Below, piece after piece: positions 47,779-57,219 of a DNA stretch of 64,000 nucleotides. Positions within the stretch are counted from its first letter, which is position 1. Every line of letters begins with the position of its first letter. Made by a program: the position numbers and the translations under genes. The DNA comes from a virus. Under the pieces are notes generated by a model. That model was not told the origin of the DNA, searched no databases, and saw only the letters and a list, made by a program, of their open reading frames with translations. The stretch covers positions 32,001 through 96,000 of IMG/VR virus record IMGVR_UViG_3300021087_000857. The stretch is one strand, 5' to 3'.

Positions 47779-48947
47779 TGAGTGATAAAGATTTAAAATG
47801 GAGTGAATACGACTTTACAAAAACACCGTATGAAGATATAGTTCGAGTAGGACAACGTACTATGTTATACAGAGATATGTTTACAGTAAGTTGGTTGCTA
47901 GGTAGATTTTGTAACTACAATTGTAGTTATTGTTGGCCTTATGCTAGAAGTAATAGAAAAGATCACAGACCTACAGAACTTAACTTAAAAACAATCGATG
48001 AGATTAAACGTCAGGCACGTGAGCGTGGCTTTAATAGTTTCCACTTTAGTTTAAGTGGAGGTGAACCTACGTTCCATCCAGGCTATTTAGATATGTTAAA
48101 ACATTTAAGTGATGATTGTCATAACACCAATTATACAAGTGTACATATGACAAGTAACTGTAGTCGTAACATGAAATGGTTTAAAACTTATGTGGACTAT
48201 GCTTCAAAGTTTCATAGAGCTAGTATTACTTGTAGTTTACATGTTGAGCATGTTGACACAACTGAGAAGATGCAGGATCTTGCAGACAAACTTATACTAT
48301 GCCAAGAACACGATGTACAAGTAACTATTAACATGGTTATGGTTCCTGAAGTTTTTGATCAATATTATGATAATGCATTGTTTTTCCATAATCAAGGAAT
48401 TAATGTTACACTTAAACCTCAATCAGACCCAACTGCAAGTAGAGTAGTTGATGGTTATACAGAGGAAATGAAAAAGAAATTACACAATGGTATGCCACAA
48501 CGTGGATACACAGAAGCAAAAGCAAAACAAAAGAAGTTAGTAACTAGACCAGACCCAGCATTTAAAGTAGACATAGAAGATGAATATAGAAAACAGACCG
48601 CAGCAGTTCCGTGGCATATGCAAGTAGAATTCAGAGATAGCAAAGGTGATCCTTATTACATGGATCAAGCAGAACGCTTTAATGCATTTGACTTTAACAA
48701 GTTCAAAGGTTGGGAATGTAGTAGTGGATACCGCAGTATAATTATACGTGAACCAGATGGTTCTATTAAACGTAGTTATAGTTGTGGAGATCAACCGTTG
48801 GGTAATATTGAAACAGGATTTAAGTTATTTGACGGTCCTGAAATATGTACTACCAATGCTTGTGTAAGTAGTGCTGATAGTAAAATTCCAAAACGTGCAC
48901 CAGGAACAAAAATGCCTCTATTTCCTGGTGATGAAACTTTTAAATAA
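47778..48947 (+). CDS. Radical SAM protein with C-terminal SPASM-like domain
   Basis: VSWLLGRFCNYNCSYC, SGGEP and FKGWECSSG...SC...ICTTNAC. Confidence 0.92.
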   Translation: MSDKDLKWSEYDFTKTPYEDIVRVGQRTMLYRDMFTVSWLLGRFCNYNCSYCWPYARSNRKDHRPTELNLKTIDEIKRQARERGFNSFHFSLSGGEPTFHPGYLDMLKHLSDDCHNTNYTSVHMTSNCSRNMKWFKTYVDYASKFHRASITCSLHVEHVDTTEKMQDLADKLILCQEHDVQVTINMVMVPEVFDQYYDNALFFHNQGINVTLKPQSDPTASRVVDGYTEEMKKKLHNGMPQRGYTEAKAKQKKLVTRPDPAFKVDIEDEYRKQTAAVPWHMQVEFRDSKGDPYYMDQAERFNAFDFNKFKGWECSSGYRSIIIREPDGSIKRSYSCGDQPLGNIETGFKLFDGPEICTTNACVSSADSKIPKRAPGTKMPLFPGDETFK

Positions 48948-49205
48948 ATGTATAGTCAGAGTGGGCGTTTTGCAAATAGGTTGAAAATGGGAATAATACG
49001 AAGACCCAATACTGTTAAAAGAGTATTTACTTGGTTTCCAAAGCGTATGAGTAGTGGAAAATTAACAATAGGGCATTACTACGAAATGACAATATTTAAA
49101 TATGGAGCTGATCCTAGACATGCTTTTTGGATTCAAAAAAAATACTCCGAAAAGGAGTATTTCTTATTAAAGCTACAAGGTGTAGCAGAATTTACACTAA
49201 ATTAA
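48948..49205 (+). CDS. Hypothetical protein; last gene of the + strand block
   Basis: FTWFPKRMSSGK; abuts the convergent gene. Confidence 0.6.
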   Translation: MYSQSGRFANRLKMGIIRRPNTVKRVFTWFPKRMSSGKLTIGHYYEMTIFKYGADPRHAFWIQKKYSEKEYFLLKLQGVAEFTLN

Positions 49206-49654
49206 ATTTTTGTCCATTTGTGTTTAGCATATCCTTCTTTTTCTGCCCAACGTATAAACAATCCAACTTCTCTACCATTAGCTTCAATTTCCCAAGGTAA
49301 GTCCCAATAGTCTGTATTAGTAGGAACGAACTGATCTTTCCATTTATAGTACTTGTCTTCCTTATAAGACCAATCATTCATTTCACGTCTAGCATATTGC
49401 TTAACATGTACCATTTCATGTGCAACAGTTTCTAGCATTTTTCTTAATGTCAGTGAACTATCTACTTCTATTTCAAAATCTCTATTTGATTCACGCAAAC
49501 AATATCCTTCTGCATCACCTGTAATACTAGTAACTTTAATGTCAATATTAAGAGAATTCATTCTAGGCATAAGTTTCTTAATACAAAACTCTACCATAGA
49601 AGTAATTTTATCTTGTTGGCTTTTTTTACCACCTTTTATTGAAATATAATTCAT
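49202..49654 (-). CDS. Zincin metallopeptidase-like protein
   Basis: TVAHEMVHVKQY and YWDLPWEIEA. Confidence 0.85.
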   Translation of the reverse strand: MNYISIKGGKKSQQDKITSMVEFCIKKLMPRMNSLNIDIKVTSITGDAEGYCLRESNRDFEIEVDSSLTLRKMLETVAHEMVHVKQYARREMNDWSYKEDKYYKWKDQFVPTNTDYWDLPWEIEANGREVGLFIRWAEKEGYAKHKWTKI

Positions 49655-49660
49655 CTATTA

Positions 49661-49897
49661 TTATTGTCCCAAATAATCTGTTTTCAACACATCCAAACGA
49701 TTTGCGGCTTGATTCAATTCAAACTGATCAGCCATGTCATTAAACCAGCTCAAGTAGTTTTCACCAATCTTATCAGCAAAACCATCTAAGTGCATATCTG
49801 CATCAACATAGTTCCAATTAACTTCATTGTTCTCATCAATGTTTTCTGGGTTTGTAGCGGCCTTTTCAAATGCTTGGATAAATTTTGCGTCTAACAT
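49661..49897 (-). CDS. Hypothetical early protein
   Basis: SD AAAAGGAG; directly after a consensus promoter. Confidence 0.75.
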   Translation of the reverse strand: MLDAKFIQAFEKAATNPENIDENNEVNWNYVDADMHLDGFADKIGENYLSWFNDMADQFELNQAANRLDVLKTDYLGQ

Positions 49898-49928
49898 ACA
49901 GTTCTCCTTTTGCGTTGTTTATGTATAT

Positions 49929-49957
49929 ATTATAACAAGATTTCTTGGTGTTGTCAA
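49929..49957 (-). promoter_or_regulatory. Early sigma70 promoter with palindromic spacer
   Basis: Minus strand TTGACA, 17 nt spacer containing AAGAAATCTT, TATAAT with extended -10 TG. Confidence 0.8.
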
Positions 49958-49970
49958 CCTTTAAGGTCAT

Positions 49971-49997
49971 AAAAAAACCCTTGAAAAACAAGGGTTT
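49971..49997 (-). terminator. Rho-independent terminator
   Basis: Minus strand AAACCCTTG-TTTTT-CAAGGG-TTTTTTT. Confidence 0.8.
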
Positions 49998-50015
49998 GTA
50001 AAATAAATTAATTTA

Positions 50016-50684
50016 TTATTCTACATTATTGCGAGATTCATATGCAGAACTATTGCCTTGAACAACATTATCACCTACGCCTGTAAAAACATTGTTACTG
50101 CTAGATCCAAAACCTTGAGCCTGATTTTTAAAAGCAGAATCATGGTCTCTAGCAGTGTTTTCTCCAGTATCTGGCTGATCGTGTATAGCATTTATAATAC
50201 GTTGATCTACTCCATCACGCTTTAGTTGACTCTTTTTTGTTGGTAATGGACTTCTTTCTATATTATCAAATTGTATTTCAAAACTTTTACTTTGATCTTT
50301 ACGATCGCCATCTGCTTTTTTAAACTTGCCTTTTTCTGGTTTTCCTTTACCTGCCGCTTCGGCTAATTCTTGCATTTTTTTAGCATTATCTTCTGTGTAC
50401 GGAATTCTGTAATATACTGGTTGTAGTTCTCCAACTGGTCTTACATTAAAATAGATATGTGGCTTTTGTACTTCAACCCATATTACTTCTACTTGTTCTT
50501 CTGGTATACCATCAATTGGAGTACCTTGTAATGCAAGCATTGTATATCCTGAAAAAATACTTGATACTAAAGCAAGTGGAATTAAAAAGAATGTTAATGT
50601 ATTATTTCTGCCTAATTGTATTAGTGCATATACTGTAAGTATTGCTAACCCAAGTAATAATCCTATTCCTGCATATATAATCAT
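50016..50684 (-). CDS. Two-TM membrane protein of the MotA/ExbB-like trio
   Basis: Two N-terminal TMs, GTP..., YYRIPY; ATGA-coupled. Confidence 0.75.
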   Translation of the reverse strand: MIIYAGIGLLLGLAILTVYALIQLGRNNTLTFFLIPLALVSSIFSGYTMLALQGTPIDGIPEEQVEVIWVEVQKPHIYFNVRPVGELQPVYYRIPYTEDNAKKMQELAEAAGKGKPEKGKFKKADGDRKDQSKSFEIQFDNIERSPLPTKKSQLKRDGVDQRIINAIHDQPDTGENTARDHDSAFKNQAQGFGSSSNNVFTGVGDNVVQGNSSAYESRNNVE

Positions 50685-51322
50685 TGTCCTACTCCTGTTC
50701 CTCTAGTTGGAACAACATCTCTTACATGTTTAAATATTGACTTAACATTACCTTTACCGTCAACACTAAATCCAGGCAATCGTTGTATTTCTCTGTTTAC
50801 TATAAATTCACCTTGTATACTATATAGTTGTCTGAATGCATTAACTTTCATTACGGTTACTGTATAAGGCACAACTGCCTCGCTTTGTCTTTTTGAATAG
50901 GCATGTACTGCCACATAGTAATCACCAGGAACAATGCCTCTAAGTGTTATTGTTTCTCTGTTTGTTCTAAGAAAAACATCTTGGCCATCTATTGTAATTT
51001 TATCATTAGATGTGCCTAAGTCATCTCTATCTAAGTGTAGTGGAGTATTTTCTCTATTACTAAAACCTACTGGTCTGTCGTTGTTTAACTGTACCCATAT
51101 GTCCAAATCTGTTGAAGATTCAGAGTCCCATTCTAACACAACCATAAACTCTGCTTTTACAGGTATGTCTGCCTTTTTTGCAATAGGATTGATAAGAAGA
51201 AATGCTATAACAAATAGCATAACAAAACCAATTAGTACATTAAATAATAAATCATTAAATGCTAAGTTAGATCCTGTTCTCCTTTTCTTTCCTGCGAAAA
51301 AGTTTTCTTGATTTTTAGGCAT
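50681..51322 (-). CDS. ExbD/MotB-like single-TM protein with YfaP-like soluble domain
   Basis: AFNDLLFNVLIGFVMLF (TM with conserved Asp), DLDIWV, LDRDDLG, RETIT and PGDYYVAVH. Confidence 0.65.
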   Translation of the reverse strand: MPKNQENFFAGKKRRTGSNLAFNDLLFNVLIGFVMLFVIAFLLINPIAKKADIPVKAEFMVVLEWDSESSTDLDIWVQLNNDRPVGFSNRENTPLHLDRDDLGTSNDKITIDGQDVFLRTNRETITLRGIVPGDYYVAVHAYSKRQSEAVVPYTVTVMKVNAFRQLYSIQGEFIVNREIQRLPGFSVDGKGNVKSIFKHVRDVVPTRGTGVGQ

Positions 51323-51755
51323 ACTCTTGCTCTTGTATAATTACTTGCACTTTCACAAATAAACTTGCAATCAAACCACATAGTGTAGTTAGTAGTGCGG
51401 TACTCATACCAGAAGCCATATCGGTAATAACACGTTTCATACTGTCTACATTACTTGGATCAATTTCTGCAAAGCTACTTCCTAGCATAAGCATAAATCC
51501 AATAACAGTTCCTACCATACCCACTGTCATGCAGGCCTCACCTATAAACCAAGGTGTTTCAAAATCATTTCTATCTTTTAAACTTCTGTAACCAATGCTG
51601 GTTGTCGCAGTAATCCACATTGCTATAATTACGAAGCTCAATTTAGTTGAATCGTTTTCAAACAAAAAAGGGATAGCACCATAGTATATTGCTGTCCCTA
51701 AACCGATGATTTGCATAACAACAATCAACCACCAAACTAAAAATCTCTTATTCAT
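51315..51755 (-). CDS. MotA/TolQ/ExbB proton-channel family protein
   Basis: GMVGTVIGFMLML...GMSTALLTTLCGLIAS. Confidence 0.8.
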   Translation of the reverse strand: MNKRFLVWWLIVVMQIIGLGTAIYYGAIPFLFENDSTKLSFVIIAMWITATTSIGYRSLKDRNDFETPWFIGEACMTVGMVGTVIGFMLMLGSSFAEIDPSNVDSMKRVITDMASGMSTALLTTLCGLIASLFVKVQVIIQEQEYA

Positions 51756-51791
51756 TTAACGTTCTCTCTCTAATTACTTACTAGTATTTAT

Positions 51792-52043
51792 CTAAATTTT
51801 GTTAGATAAACGAAAAAGCATCGCTTGTTCTTCGTTGAACAAAAAATAAACCTGAACCCATCCTCCGGTAACATAACCAAGGCTAGAGTTAAAGTCTTTA
51901 TATCTACTTGTTTCAGTAAATATTACTTTTTTAGGTTGATATTCTTTTACTAATTGCTGAACTTGTTCTATTGTTCCTGAAACTTTATATGATATTTGTT
52001 CACCATAATAGTCTAAACTTTTATCAATTTGTATCTGTCTCAT
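51792..52043 (-). CDS. Hypothetical phage protein
   Basis: Ends F..EEQAMLFRL, like 21675. Confidence 0.6.
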   Translation of the reverse strand: MRQIQIDKSLDYYGEQISYKVSGTIEQVQQLVKEYQPKKVIFTETSRYKDFNSSLGYVTGGWVQVYFLFNEEQAMLFRLSNKI

Positions 52044-52968
52044 TACACAATATATTCGTTAAAAAATCGCTTCCAGTAATTGTTTTCAATCTATCTTCGG
52101 TGTCAGCTTTAACAAATATATCGTGGAACTTCTCAAACAAATAAAAGTTCGCATAGATCTTTAAGCTGTCACACATGTATTTATAGTATTCTTCACTGGT
52201 ACTTCTATTGTCAGTTAATTGTGAAATGTCGAATATTGTGACACCTTTTTCTTCAATTTGAGGTAGTTTTGGGACTGATAAGAAGTCTTTAGTAAACTTA
52301 CTTACGCCCTCTTCGATAGTATATTCAAGTCCATGTTCTAATGCCATATCTACTATTGCAATAGGTTTGTCCTTGATAAAATTAGAACCCCGGTCGGGAT
52401 TCTGGGGGGATATTTTCTTACCCAGTTCAGATATAAACATATCGAACGATGTATCTTTATGCATATCATAATGGAATTTTAATTTACGTATATTATCTTT
52501 ATTGATAACTATAGTGCTTTCTAAGTTGGTTGCAACATTATAATCATATACATATAATTGTCTACATTGCTTTGCAAAGTATACAGGTTGGTCTGGATTG
52601 TTAACTAGTATATTACCTAAATCAACACTACCTGGTAAACAATACATAAAGTCGCTTTCCAATATAGGTTCATTTTCATTATTAGTGCAAGTGCTTAACA
52701 ACTTTTCTAATGTTTGTATATAGTTGCTATCTTCTGGGCTAATATTATTACCATTCATTAACTTTGCAAAATTAATAACTCTGGTACTGCCGCCAAAATC
52801 CATGTTCGGATTATCTTTGTATAAGTAACAACGTTGTTGTGAAATGCTATCTATATGTTGAGGGAATATACCTGTGTTTTCAGAATAGGTTATTAAGTGT
52901 TGCAAAATACTTGATTGCCCACATATATTATTTACGTTTACGTTAAGTAAAAGATTACGGATTTGCAT
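52024..52968 (-). CDS. Hypothetical protein
   Basis: Long ORF coupled to the clamp loader gene. Confidence 0.65.
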   Translation of the reverse strand: MQIRNLLLNVNVNNICGQSSILQHLITYSENTGIFPQHIDSISQQRCYLYKDNPNMDFGGSTRVINFAKLMNGNNISPEDSNYIQTLEKLLSTCTNNENEPILESDFMYCLPGSVDLGNILVNNPDQPVYFAKQCRQLYVYDYNVATNLESTIVINKDNIRKLKFHYDMHKDTSFDMFISELGKKISPQNPDRGSNFIKDKPIAIVDMALEHGLEYTIEEGVSKFTKDFLSVPKLPQIEEKGVTIFDISQLTDNRSTSEEYYKYMCDSLKIYANFYLFEKFHDIFVKADTEDRLKTITGSDFLTNILCNETDTN

Positions 52969-53887
52969 TTAGTATTCTTGCAATTTCTACCATAGTAGCA
53001 CTTAAATTAATCTCTGGATCTGCTACTTGAGTATGCTTAATCATACCTTCACGTATTGCTAATACACAACTATCATATGTAAAATCATCTTTAGTATATA
53101 AATCTAAGTTTCTATACAACCATGTAAAGATTTCATTATATTCATCTGCTCTTGCGGCACCAACAATTAGTTTACGTGCATCTTGTATTTTGCCTTGCTT
53201 AAACAATTCTACCATTTTAACACGCCACTCAGCAGTACTACCACCTTCTTCTGGCTTAGTAAGTGCATTATCAACAACACTCATTTGTACGGTATTAATA
53301 GTTTTACGCAAGTCTGGATAGTTAGCACGAACCATTGCATCTAATGTATCAATGTCAAATTGTACATTGTTGTCTGCACAGATTTCGCCAACTCTTACAG
53401 TAAATTCTGTTTGATCTAATTGTTCAATATGAAAACCTTGACATCTACTGTGTAATGCAGGAATAATCATGTTAGGATAATTACAAGTTAAAATAAATCT
53501 TACGCTTGCATGATACTGTTCCATAACTCCACGTAATGCCGCTTGTCCTTCTGGAGAGATATGATCAGCCTCATCAAGTAGGATAACTTTAAAATCACCC
53601 CATGGCATAGTTTCACTGAATGCACTAATTTTCTTACGAATCATTTCAACGCCATTATCTCTACTAGCATTGATATACAGTACATCTGCGGCTTCTACTT
53701 TAAGTTCAGCAATAAGTACCTTTGCTAGTGTAGTTTTGCCAGTACCTGGACTACCACTAAAAAGTAAATGAGGTATTCCACCATCATTAATCCAGTTTTG
53801 TACTTGCTTACGTTGTGCTTCATCTCTGAACACATACTCGCCAACATTAGTTGGTCTATACTTTTCTACCCAAAGGTCTTTTGCCAT
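52955..53887 (-). CDS. Sliding clamp loader subunit (T4 gp44 / RFC-like)
   Basis: LWVEKYRP, GSPGTGKTT, INAS, LLDEAD, FILTCNY, SRC and PDLRK. Confidence 0.93.
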   Translation of the reverse strand: MAKDLWVEKYRPTNVGEYVFRDEAQRKQVQNWINDGGIPHLLFSGSPGTGKTTLAKVLIAELKVEAADVLYINASRDNGVEMIRKKISAFSETMPWGDFKVILLDEADHISPEGQAALRGVMEQYHASVRFILTCNYPNMIIPALHSRCQGFHIEQLDQTEFTVRVGEICADNNVQFDIDTLDAMVRANYPDLRKTINTVQMSVVDNALTKPEEGGSTAEWRVKMVELFKQGKIQDARKLIVGAARADEYNEIFTWLYRNLDLYTKDDFTYDSCVLAIREGMIKHTQVADPEINLSATMVEIARILNANP

Positions 53888-54118
53888 TTAAATTACTCCG
53901 TTTTCCCAATTCTCTTGTAAATCTTCTGCATAGCGTCTACTGTGTCCATATACTGGTCTTTCTTCAGCTAATTCCTCACCAACATACATTTTAACTACAT
54001 AATGAGTTTCTTCAACAATCTCTGCTCTACGATTTTCTTTTTTAAACTGTGTTTTACTTTGTTCATTAAACACTGCTTGAAGCTTACTTGATCTTTTACC
54101 TTTACGTCCTGTTGCCAT
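53888..54118 (-). CDS. Hypothetical phage protein
   Basis: GHSRRYAEDLQENW. Confidence 0.7.
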   Translation of the reverse strand: MATGRKGKRSSKLQAVFNEQSKTQFKKENRRAEIVEETHYVVKMYVGEELAEERPVYGHSRRYAEDLQENWENGVI

Positions 54119-54119
54119 T

Positions 54120-54341
54120 TTATTTTCCTTTAAATAAATTTGGAAATGCTATATCGATTAATTCCATAACTGCAATAATTAAAAGCACTGCCCAACCTAC
54201 AGGACCAGCTACAAATAAAAATGTAAATATTTGCCATGTCTTAGCATCTTTACCAACAGTTTTCTTAGCGACTAGCATTACAATTATAAACCATAATAGC
54301 ATTATGCTTAAAATACATAATACACTAAATAATAATTCCAT
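54120..54341 (-). CDS. Small membrane protein
   Basis: Hydrophobic helices; SD upstream. Confidence 0.6.
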   Translation of the reverse strand: MELLFSVLCILSIMLLWFIIVMLVAKKTVGKDAKTWQIFTFLFVAGPVGWAVLLIIAVMELIDIAFPNLFKGK

Positions 54342-54352
54342 ATAACTTCCCC

Positions 54353-55318
54353 TTAAATCTTATGTGCAAACAAACTGCTTACACTTTCTTCGTTTGATAC
54401 ACGCCTAATAGCTTCACCAAACATAGTTGATACACTTACTGCACGAGTCTTTTTGCAATCATGTGGACATTTAAAATCTATACTGTCTGTGATTACAAGT
54501 TCTTCTAATACACTGTCTTCAACTTTCTGACATGCCTTGCCAGTTAATACTCCGTGTGTAATATATGCTCTAACACTTAATGCACCTTGGTCCATAATAG
54601 CCTGTGCGGCATTACACAATGTTCCGCCACTGTCAACAATATCGTCAACTAAAATAGCATGACAACCTTTAACTTCACCAATTATATTCATTACTTCGCT
54701 TACACCTGCTTTAGGTCTACGCTTGTCAACAATAGCGATGTCTCCGCCAAACATATCAGCAAAACGTCTAGCTCTTACAGTACCGCCTGCATCTGGTGAT
54801 ACAAAAACAGTTTCTACATCATGTACATCTTGTCCTTCTTTGTAGAATTGTTTTTTAATATCTTTTGCAAATGCAATTCTGCTTGTTAAGTCATCTACAG
54901 GAATATCAAAGAAGCCCTGTATTTGTCCTGCATGTAAATCCATTGTAAGGATTCTATCTGCACCAGCTTCTGTAATTAAGTTTGCTACTAGTTTAGCAGT
55001 AATTGGTGTACGACTTGCACTTTTACGATCTTGTCGTGCATAACCAAAATAAGGAATAACTGCGGTAATACGCTTGGCACTGCTACGCTTAGCCGCGTCA
55101 ATCATAATCATTAATTCCATTAGGTTATCGTTTACTGGTGTACTTGTACTTTGTATAATAAAAACATCTTCACCACGGATATTTTCTAAAAATTCTACAC
55201 TACTCTCACCATCCGCAAAAGTCTTAATCTCGGCAGGCACTAGAGTAGCAAAACAATGAGCGGCGATTTTCTCGGCCATTTCAATGTTACTATTTCCAGC
55301 TATAATTTTCATATGCAT
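54353..55318 (-). CDS. prs: Ribose-phosphate pyrophosphokinase
   Basis: [34 protein letters not shown] and [11 protein letters not shown]. Confidence 0.97.
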   Translation of the reverse strand: MHMKIIAGNSNIEMAEKIAAHCFATLVPAEIKTFADGESSVEFLENIRGEDVFIIQSTSTPVNDNLMELMIMIDAAKRSSAKRITAVIPYFGYARQDRKSASRTPITAKLVANLITEAGADRILTMDLHAGQIQGFFDIPVDDLTSRIAFAKDIKKQFYKEGQDVHDVETVFVSPDAGGTVRARRFADMFGGDIAIVDKRRPKAGVSEVMNIIGEVKGCHAILVDDIVDSGGTLCNAAQAIMDQGALSVRAYITHGVLTGKACQKVEDSVLEELVITDSIDFKCPHDCKKTRAVSVSTMFGEAIRRVSNEESVSSLFAHKI

Positions 55319-55353
55319 TCAGAGTCCATTCTCGGTTAAAGTTTATTAGTATA

Positions 55354-55382
55354 ATAATACTATAATTTAGGTGGTTTGTCAA
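55354..55382 (-). promoter_or_regulatory. Sigma70 promoter for prs
   Basis: Minus strand TTGACA, 17 nt spacer, TATTAT. Confidence 0.65.
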
Positions 55383-55391
55383 TAGAAATGT

Positions 55392-55784
55392 CTATAATTT
55401 TAACTTTATTAGTAATTGCATCATATCTAATACTTCACTTGGTTTGGCATAATATCCTTCTTCTATCCATTCTTTTTTTACTGATATATCTGGACAAAGA
55501 AAACTATGATCTCCATTACCTACATTAAACGTGCAATAATTTGATAGTTTTGCAACTACTGGTAAGTGCGACATGCCTAATCTTGGTGCTAAGTATATTC
55601 TATGATTGCCTGTTTCTAATCTAATATTTCTACTGTAAACTCCTATACCAAGTATTATGGGTTCTAGTATGCCATTTTGCATTATATCTTCCATAAGTGC
55701 CAAATCATCATTTGGACTAGGTGTAGGACACTTCCATTGTTCTAAAAGTTTTACAGGCAGTTGCTCTACAAACGGCTCTAGCAT
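55392..55784 (-). CDS. ParB/Srx-like domain protein
   Basis: DIMQNGILEPIIL...TGNHRIYLA..LG. Confidence 0.65.
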   Translation of the reverse strand: MLEPFVEQLPVKLLEQWKCPTPSPNDDLALMEDIMQNGILEPIILGIGVYSRNIRLETGNHRIYLAPRLGMSHLPVVAKLSNYCTFNVGNGDHSFLCPDISVKKEWIEEGYYAKPSEVLDMMQLLIKLKL

Positions 55785-56425
55785 TAATAGGTGTCTACGA
55801 TAGCGTCTGCAATTCCGTGTTTAACTGCCTCTTCGGCTGTTAGCCACACATCTTCTGGTGGTAATAATATTTCTTTAATTTTCTTTTCAGATAAGCCAGT
55901 ACATTTTTTATAATGATTTAACATACGTTCTGATGATAATTCAAACTCTTTAACACGAGCAAATAGTTCGTGTTCTTTACCGCCTGAACCCCATGAATAT
56001 TGATGTGATAAAATACTTGTGTTGTTTGTTAACACACGCTTGCCTTTAGTACCTGCCATAAATGTAAGTACACCACATGATGCAATCATTCCTAATCCTA
56101 CAGTTTTAATAGGCAATGCAGAACCTTTCATTACATCAATAAGACCAAATGCGGCGTGTACGCTACCACCTGGGCTATTAATAATAAGTGTAAGTTCTTT
56201 AGGACGCTCACTGTCTGGCAGTAAGTTCTTTTCAATAATCCAGTTTACTACTGGCTTTGTTGATTCATATGTAAAGCCATCAGCAAAATAGTAAATACCT
56301 GATTCGTACAATACTTGTCCAGGTTGCTTTGGTGGACCCATAGGTGTTTGTGGATTTGCAGCACCTTTTTCTTCTAATGCTTGGCCCATTTCGCCAATTG
56401 CTTTTTGTAATTTTTCTAAGTTCAT
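55784..56425 (-). CDS. clpP: ATP-dependent Clp protease proteolytic subunit
   Basis: INSPGGSV, IASCG (Ser), ILSHQ (His) and DVWLTAEEA (Asp). Confidence 0.92.
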   Translation of the reverse strand: MNLEKLQKAIGEMGQALEEKGAANPQTPMGPPKQPGQVLYESGIYYFADGFTYESTKPVVNWIIEKNLLPDSERPKELTLIINSPGGSVHAAFGLIDVMKGSALPIKTVGLGMIASCGVLTFMAGTKGKRVLTNNTSILSHQYSWGSGGKEHELFARVKEFELSSERMLNHYKKCTGLSEKKIKEILLPPEDVWLTAEEAVKHGIADAIVDTY

Positions 56426-56803
56426 TTATAATCCTCTAGTTATGTCGCCTGACGGGCGTTGTGGAATTGCTTTGCCTAAAATCTGAATATTATTATCTTC
56501 CATTGGATTTTCATCAGACTCCATTAAACAATCTTTATTATCTAGCAAGTATAATTTAAGATCAGTATCTACTTGCATTCCATTACTCCAACGTCCATGA
56601 TCAACAAGGACGTACTTTCCTTTTGCAATCCAATCAATTTCTTCGCCTACACTATAAACTTTAAACCAACGTGGTCTAACGGCAGATTCAGTTCCATCTT
56701 TTGACATGAGAATAATGCCGCCTGGTGTTGTTACTTCGTTACCAGGATTATCAATCATCTCTGCTAAGATTTTATTACGTATTGCTTTTACTACTTTAGT
56801 CAT
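56426..56803 (-). CDS. groES: Co-chaperonin GroES-like
   Basis: TTPGGIIL, VYSVG and GKYVL. Confidence 0.8.
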   Translation of the reverse strand: MTKVVKAIRNKILAEMIDNPGNEVTTPGGIILMSKDGTESAVRPRWFKVYSVGEEIDWIAKGKYVLVDHGRWSNGMQVDTDLKLYLLDNKDCLMESDENPMEDNNIQILGKAIPQRPSGDITRGL

Positions 56804-56814
56804 TTTGCCTCCGA

Positions 56815-57219
56815 CTATGTGTTAATATCTTCCATACTGCCATCACTGTACTCTACTTCAAAATATTGAGTACCGTCATCTCTAGTACGAGCTGTTCTAC
56901 TTACTTCAGTAACAGCTGGTTGTTGTGTTTCTTTTGGTTGTGCTTTCTTTGGTGCAGGTTTAGGAGGTTCAACTGTAGTTTTCTTTTCTACAGGTGTTTC
57001 TTCTTCCTTAATACTTATATCTTCTTTTGCACCTGGAACATTATCTTTATAGAATTCCTTTTGTATTTTTTCTCTAGGAATTTCTACTTTACCTCTACTA
57101 TCAATAATGTCTCCTCGAGCATTCATATTTAAATTACTTACTGCTCTTGTTTCTTCATTTTTTGCCGCTAAAGCTCCCATATCTAATGTACGGCCTCTAG
57201 CTGTTTTAACTGTTTTCAT
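56815..57219 (-). CDS. Hypothetical phage protein
   Basis: TARGRTLDMGAL..NE..RAVSNLNMNARGD. Confidence 0.8.
   Translation of the reverse strand: MKTVKTARGRTLDMGALAAKNEETRAVSNLNMNARGDIIDSRGKVEIPREKIQKEFYKDNVPGAKEDISIKEEETPVEKKTTVEPPKPAPKKAQPKETQQPAVTEVSRTARTRDDGTQYFEVEYSDGSMEDINT

Noticed and set aside
49190-49210. Strand switch as replication terminus or assembly junction
   Set aside because: The convergent genes simply meet at their stop codons, and no repeat or compositional break is visible.
50934-51311. Antisense ORFs such as 50934-51311, 63302-63712, 29289-29636 and 34392-34718
   Set aside because: Shadow frames of well-supported genes, with no motifs or ribosome-binding sites.
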